A stretch of DNA of 63,728 nucleotides, filler included, from Collodictyon triciliatum (lineage: Eukaryota), in the NCBI GenBank assembly GCA_043381765.1. It is 3 parts of 3 records of this genome, joined end to end, with 100 filler letters (N's around TTAATTAATTAA, not from the genome) between each part and the next. Parts side by side here need not be neighbours in the genome. Positions count along the whole stretch, not along the records: positions 38,160 to 63,728 come from JBHJMP010000998.1; 2 more parts are not named here. One strand, written 5' to 3'. A program made the translations under genes and the position numbers. Below are positions 57,463-63,728 of the stretch, in pieces (position 1 is the stretch's first letter; each line of letters opens with the position of its first letter). The notes beneath the pieces are model-generated. The model had not been told where the DNA came from and ran no database searches. It saw only the letters and a list, made by a program, of their open reading frames with translations.

Positions 57463-58353
57463 CTTTCATCAAGATGTGATCCCCAAACCTTTCGTGTTGT
57501 TTCTCACCCTCACTGGCTTGTGATTGATGTGCTTACCTTGGGCTTATGTTCTGATTTGGTTTCTTTGCTTATGATTATTCCAATGTCTTTGTTCTTCGGA
57601 CTTTTATAAGGCTTAGCAAGCGAATGGTCATGGCCCACAGTCAGGCACTTGGCAACGCCGCAAATAGACTTTTGCAAGTAAACAGAATGTCTGGCCGCAC
57701 AGAAACGTTCTGCAACTCGATTTCTTGGTCGCGTTAATGACGAATCAATAACATCCAAAAAAAAACAATGAATTTTTTCGGACAGGAATTTGGTTGGTGT
57801 ATAATTTCCACAACAGGATGAGAAAACCAATATGGAAATCAACTTTTCAGAAAATGTCTATAGGAATACCTTTTCTATGAATAATCTTTTTTTGGACAGA
57901 GAGATTCGAATCTTCAAACCCCATTTTAAGAAAATGGTCTAAAAAGCATCCGAGATGACGTCACAATGTCGTCACCAAAATTTTACGAGGTTCTGGTTAT
58001 GGAAATGTTGCCACTTCTCATTCACAAAAATGGAAAATAATAGCCCTGTCCCAAAATTGGTATTGCATTATCGATGCATGTGGAAAATAAAGTTTGCGGA
58101 CTGAGGCCGACTCCAGGCTTGTGTTCGTGATTATTTTGTATTGGTTTATTTTTTTTTTTTTTTGTTATTTCGTAAACAGTGGACCAGAAAAGAGGCAAAG
58201 TCTTGCGATAGATAATGTTCAGTGCATGTGGAGGGAGTGTTTTATTCGATTGGTTAACATATATAAATTTATAATATTTTTGCAGGGTTTGGCATGGACA
58301 TGATAAAGGGAATTACGAAAGAGTATGCGAAGGGGGCGCTAAGTTTGTAGAGG

Positions 58354-60042
58354 CTACTGCTTCAGAGCGCTGTTTTCCCCTTCGTGTCGTCCTTTTTCTT
58401 CGCCTTTCTTTTCTCCAATCCTTTCTTCGGGCACTTCTTTAACAACTTCACCAATAATTTCGAGTTCTGTCCTGCTTAATTCACTGCCTTGATTTTCTTC
58501 AGAGACGCTTCGATTGGAGGCATTCTCATCCAGACCAGCACTGCGCAATGGCGGGTCAAGCGAGACTTGCAAGATGGGCAGAGTCATAAACGGAGATGTC
58601 TTGTGACTATCGTCCGCATTGCTATCCGCATCAATCGATTTGAGGTCGATCTGTTCCATATCCTTTCCTTTGTAGCCATGATGAGCACTCCTTGAGTTAG
58701 AATTGAGTTCAATCACATCCTGCTCACTTATCGATTCAGGTTCTCTATTAGAAAGCTCTCTGGTCAATGCAACTGCCTCGTGAGTTGCTCTCACATCATT
58801 TCCCTCAGCCACATCATCGCTCTCTCTCAGGTGTGAACTAGGGCTGGCAGATTCTTGGCTTTCAAGTGTGTCTCTGATTCCCGTGCTCGCTCGTGCAGCT
58901 TTGGTCGGGTGCTTTGGTCGGGATGCCACAGACCGAATTTTGGATAACCAGCCCGGTGATGAGTCGATTTTTGGGGCTTGTGATTGAGGTTGCAGTGCGT
59001 TATCTACCTTAAGCTGATTTTCAATCGGACTCGGTAATGGCGTGGATATGTGTTCTGCAGCTCTTTTCGTACTAATCCTGGATATCATAGATGGAGCAGG
59101 ATGGCCATGAACAGACGCAAGCTTTTTGAGGGCAGCCTTGTTTCCACGGTGGTATCCTATCATGTAAGAGAGGCCACATCCTGACAGAAAGAAGCCGGTC
59201 TTCATCTGTGATGTACAACCAGTCAAATGATAAAATGAGAAGAAAAGAGACTACTTTGGAAAAGACGGAAGGAAACGTGCTGGGAGAAGAAGGAAAAAAA
59301 CACAATGCTAAAATACGGAACAGATTGACAATTCAAACCATGAAGATGGCCCAGCTCTCTTCCTTTATGGCGTTGCTCTTGGGTGGATTGATCTTTTGCT
59401 TCAGCTCGTCCTTCAAAATGCGGTTGATTTCTCCCAGCTCCAGCTCCAGCTTGTTCATATGTGCCTGGCGTGCAACAAGACCCTAACGTTGAAGGGAATT
59501 AGTAGCAGCTGGCTGAAGCGATAGGGTATGCCTGGTTGGCCCACGGTAAAAAGACAGCGATTGATAATAAAGAAAAAGAGAAGCATATTTATTTTTGTTG
59601 GAATTGTGTTTAGCACAAAGTCGTATAAACGTGTGGTGAGTCAGACGAAGACACTTACAACCCACGCAGCCCCACAGGAAAGAATTGTCGAGGATATGGT
59701 CAGAAAAACGCGGTGTTTCTCGAATGTTTCTTGCAGAGATTCCTTCAATCCCGTTGCCCAGCTCATTGTTGCGGAAACGCGCGCCCCAACTTTGCTGCTT
59801 GCGCCAATCCCCCAACGCGACATTCTTGTCCTCAGCGTCAAACTGTTCCTTTACTTATGATTTCTTTTCAGACTCCCGATCAACACAAACTTAACTGTTT
59901 GTTTATTTTGTGTTTCATTCTCTTCTTTTTCTTCTGGAATCTGAGCAGAGGCGGCCGCCGATCTGAAAGACTGGAGGGTCCCAGCGAAAAGCATCAGAGG
60001 TGATTGTGTGATGGTGTGATGAAACGCGCTCATCCATGCCAT
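58354..60042 (-). CDS. Hypothetical membrane protein with a long low-complexity S/E-rich C-terminus
   Basis: Exons LQETFEKHRVFLTISSTILSCGAAW, ARQAHMNKLELELGEINRIL, MKTGFFLSGCGLSYMIGYHRG, then a long open terminal exon. Confidence 0.55.
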
Positions 60043-60151
60043 TTTTGTGCTCTATGCATTGAAATGTGCTGATTGTGTGGAAGCTAAGCTGGTTCACTCA
60101 AGAGGAGACAGGAGAGAGGAGAGAGAACTCGCCATTTATTCATTGCGTGCA

Positions 60152-61785
60152 CTATGCTTCAATCACGTTTTGGAGTTTGCTGGCGACCCCGTTGTAAAAG
60201 TTGCCCTTCCATCGTCTGCCGTTTACATCTGTGAAGTACCCGAGACCGTGCATTCTAAGAGTTTCCAGGATGTGGTTTAGAGCATCGACTTAACTTGAGA
60301 TGTGATGGGTCATTTCTGCTCCCTTACGCTCGATTCCACGAGCGAAGATACAGTTGCTATCGAATATGATGGGATAGTCCATTTTCTTCCCATGTTATAT
60401 TTATTGGTATACTTGACATATGATTGCGTAAGGAAAATGTACTTGTCTTCATGAAATTGTCCCTCGTAGAAGGAGCCATCCGGCCAAGTGTACTTGCCCT
60501 TTCCTTCATATTTGTTCTGCACCCAGTCACCCTGCATTGCAGACATTCAAGAATAGGTCCGAGAGCAAATGTATTATATAACAATTGCATAGCACATTAA
60601 AGCTTCTGTTTAAATTATTTTTCTCTTATCCAGGAATTACTCTTCCATAAAATCTCATGCGTCCATGAGAATAGATTTACCTCATAGGTAGCCCCACTTG
60701 CATATCGAAACATTCCTACAAGAATATAAATGGTGTTTCATAAGACTGTATTCAAGTGGATGTAATACTTCATTTCATAATGTTACATTAAAACATAAAA
60801 AGAATCAACCATTCGTTAAAGGAAGTTCAATAATAATGGTGAAGAGAATGGAGTGAAGGAAGGCATCATCCCACCATAACCCTCCATGTAATCAAGCTTC
60901 CATGCTCCTTCGTATCGCTGCTCTCGATCAATAAATACACCTTTTCCGTGCCTTTTTATGACCATAGGGACCTCTTGCACTTCTTTCTCTTTCTCTTGCT
61001 ATACCACAATTTAATCAATTTAAAAAAAAAAGAAGGACATTTGATGCATAGAGATGTCGCATAAAAATAAATCGAGAGGATTATGATGCTTCGCGATCCA
61101 TCAACAAAAAATTAAATGAGTGAATGGATAGAGTGCCTTTTTTGACTTCTTGTCTTCTTTTTTCTCCTCTTCGGGCTCGGGCTCTATCGTAGGAAACAGT
61201 TGCCAATCGCCTTCTACGATAATAATATAATTTTTTGTGGACCATACACGGCATACAGGCTCAATAAATAATGTTTGACTTTGAACCCGTGAGTACTTTG
61301 ACTAAAGAAACCAACCATATCTGCTCCCGTCGGGAAATATATACACGCCTGTCCCCCGATCAGTGGGTTCTTGCTCGACTGGGGCGACTGGAAAATAGTG
61401 CCGTTTTGAGGTTAGCTTTATTATCACGAGGCCAAAAAAAAAAAAAAAAGAACGCTTTCGGTTTCGCGACCGAAGGCAGGGTTGGAGAAGTTTTTTTTTT
61501 TTAAAAAAAAGACATGCCGCTTTCATCGCTTGAGAAAAAAACAAGGAGTCATCTAAAAAAGTTTCTGGAGGGAGCGGAATGTATTCGATAATGAAAACTC
61601 GTATGCATTTTATTTTTTTGAAACTTTTTTTTAATTTTTTTACTAACAAAGTAAAAGCGAAATTGAATAAAAAGTCGAGCCTGAAGATATTGACACAGAC
61701 CTTCTTCGTGCTCTTCGAGTTTCTCCTCCTTTTCCTTTTCTTTCTTTTTGGGGTCCTTCCCTTTTTTTGCTCCGCTCTTATCCAT
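60152..61785 (-). CDS. MORN-repeat protein (MORN2-like); multi-exon
   Basis: GTGVYIFPDGSRYEGDW, RHGKGVF..RYEGAW, GMFRYASGATYE, GDWVQNKYEGKGKYTWPDGSFYEGQF, HGLGYFTDVNGRRWKGNFYNG. Confidence 0.85.
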
Positions 61786-62182
61786 GTCTACTGTGGTATC
61801 CCTCTACGTTGCGAGATCGAAAGTTAGTTTTTGACAAATGAAGTAAATAATAATAAAAGACAGAAAGAAAAAAGAGCGTGAAAGAGTCTTCGCGAATGCA
61901 TGGCGACTGCCTGCTTTTCTTTTCATCTGCAGGATCGAGTCGATAATATCATCACGTTGCGCATGATTAGAAGGGAAGCCCCCCCAAAAAAATGTTGTCT
62001 CTCGATTCTTCTTTCAACCCGGCGAACTCTTGCATGCTTGCTTGTGGGAGTCGTGTTGGCAGACGATTAAAACTAGCAGAGGTTTTCCTTTCTTTTCCTG
62101 CGCAGATCGCGAATATGGAGCAACGGAATCCGTTGTATCTTCCAGTTTTGTACATAAAGCTTCCCAGCATCCAAAGAATAAT

Positions 62183-62239
62183 TGTGGAAAATAAAATATT
62201 TTTTCCTTTATTCGATTCAAAGTGTGGAAAATAAAATAT
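62183..62239 (-). mobile_element. Micro-insertion CTTTGAATCGAATAAAGGAAAAA with 17 bp TSD
   Basis: tgtggaaaataaaatat at 62183-62199 and 62223-62239 around a 23 bp insert. Confidence 0.72.
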
Positions 62240-62398
62240 AATACATCAGTGGCTTTTGTCTCTACGCATCTTGGGGGTTTGGCAAGAACACACTCGCACC
62301 CTTTGCTGCTCTGACCGTGGGAGAAGAGAGATATACAAATACGCTACTAGATATACCCCATCGCAGATCGGATATCTGCTTCACATAAATTCAATGTA

Positions 62399-63728
62399 CT
62401 AATCAGCTCGCTGTGGCTGACCTGCGGCTGAACGCACCATGTTCACCTTACACTCCTTGCATCGCTTGGCTTCTTGACATAAAGAGCCTCTAAACAAAAT
62501 CAAAGGGGCGCATTTTGCCTCGATTTCAACAACAAAAAACCTTACCGGATATTATACAAATTAAATCATGTGAGTTTGTTGTGGGCGAATATAAAATATT
62601 TTATCTGTCCCGCCCAAGGACTGGCCAGACGTATTTTCATTTAAGATTTCCACTGTTTAGCTGACGAGAGCACATAGCTTTATTTATTAGCTGAGGGAAG
62701 CTGCAGTTGATGCCATTCTTTTCATTCACCTGTCCAAAAGATTTTTTAACTTCTATATGTATGGCTCTATTCAGAAAGGATAATTTTTCTATCACTAATC
62801 TAGAAAAATATAAGGAATTCCGATTGTACTAGTTTAAATCCTTTATTTATTATTTATTTTAAATTGATTTTTTTAACCTACATCATTTTTGCCACATGCG
62901 AGGCTATTGATTTGCCTTCTTTTGTTTTATCTTCAGTGCGCTGTGGTTAGCTGGGATTTTATCACCTGCCGACGCAACGGCACTGGCAAGGAGGTGGAGT
63001 GTTGATTCAAGATCTTGTGAATAATCCACCAAAAATTTGCGGGGTTAGAAGAATTAACCAATGATAAAATGAACAAACGTGACGAGATTTCTACTGTCAT
63101 TATCGCCCCAACATGAGAGGATTCGTTACAAAATACTTATGGATTCTGTCATTAAAAATCCATAAATTGCAAGGAGTTATCAATATCGGTACATGTCCCA
63201 AAGATCTACCTTCTATTGTCGTCTCTCCGAATTCCTCCAAGACTATCTTTTCCATCAGCTCCTGCTTTTCTTTGCAATTTCTTATTCTGTTTTCCCATTG
63301 AGCGCTGATACCGTTGAAAAATCTATAATTTAAAAATGAGTTGATGACGTGCTATCAAAACTAACATATGGTCACCCAAAAGTCAAGGACTGCCTTCTAA
63401 TTTCATCTCATCATGTTTTATTTTAATTAAAAAATAGGTATAACTAACCTTGTAGGAAGCCCTATGTGACCAACAAAAGTCCGGCTGTTCGGTTCATACG
63501 CCAATTTATGGATATGTCTCATGACATCAAGGTCAGAGCTCATAAAATTCAATTCTTTTTGAAGGGAGTTCACCGATGATTCTTGTGACTCAACTTTTGC
63601 GGTGCACGTTTTCTGCATCTTGAAGGCGATCGGGGGGGGGGGGGGGGGGTTTTTAAAAAAAAAAACCAACAAAAAAAAAAGAATTTTTGTTTTTAACTTT
63701 AAAAAAAAAAAACATAAAAATTTATATT
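62399..63728 (-). CDS. 3' part of a hypothetical coiled-coil-like protein; starts beyond the window
   Basis: Open exon-like segments KVESQESSVNSLQKELNFMSSDLDVMR and ISAQWENRIRNCKEKQELMEKIVLEEF. Confidence 0.4.

Overview
AT-rich, intron-dense genomic DNA from a microbial eukaryote. An amoebozoan is plausible from a kinase-cyclase-kinase receptor, but the sequence does not prove this. The window is at least three contigs joined by artificial N44-TTAATTAATTAA-N44 linkers, plus one plain N gap. Spliced host genes read by hand: DDX51/Dbp6-like helicase, a large alpha/beta-pseudohydrolase-containing gene, an unknown gene, SEL1L/Hrd3, an intron-containing prokaryote-type PurO-like IMP cyclohydrolase, an ELL/occludin-domain protein, a Kelch/CUB receptor with kinase-cyclase-kinase tail, a MUT9/PPK-like casein kinase, a secreted two-MRH-domain protein, a mitochondrial DDX21-like helicase, a LisH/LUFS protein, a small membrane protein and a MORN-repeat protein. 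The top finding is a decayed but full-length Fanzor1 (eukaryotic TnpB-like RNA-guided nuclease) at about 2766-4742 (-). It retains the RuvC D-E-D residues and zinc finger and is followed by three stem-loops that look like its omegaRNA scaffold, ending in a Helitron-like hairpin-CTAG|T. Also notable are a family of 11-43 bp insertions ending in ...GAATAAAGGAn with 13-19 bp target-site duplications, and two LINE remnants. All family assignments come from recalled motifs, not database searches.
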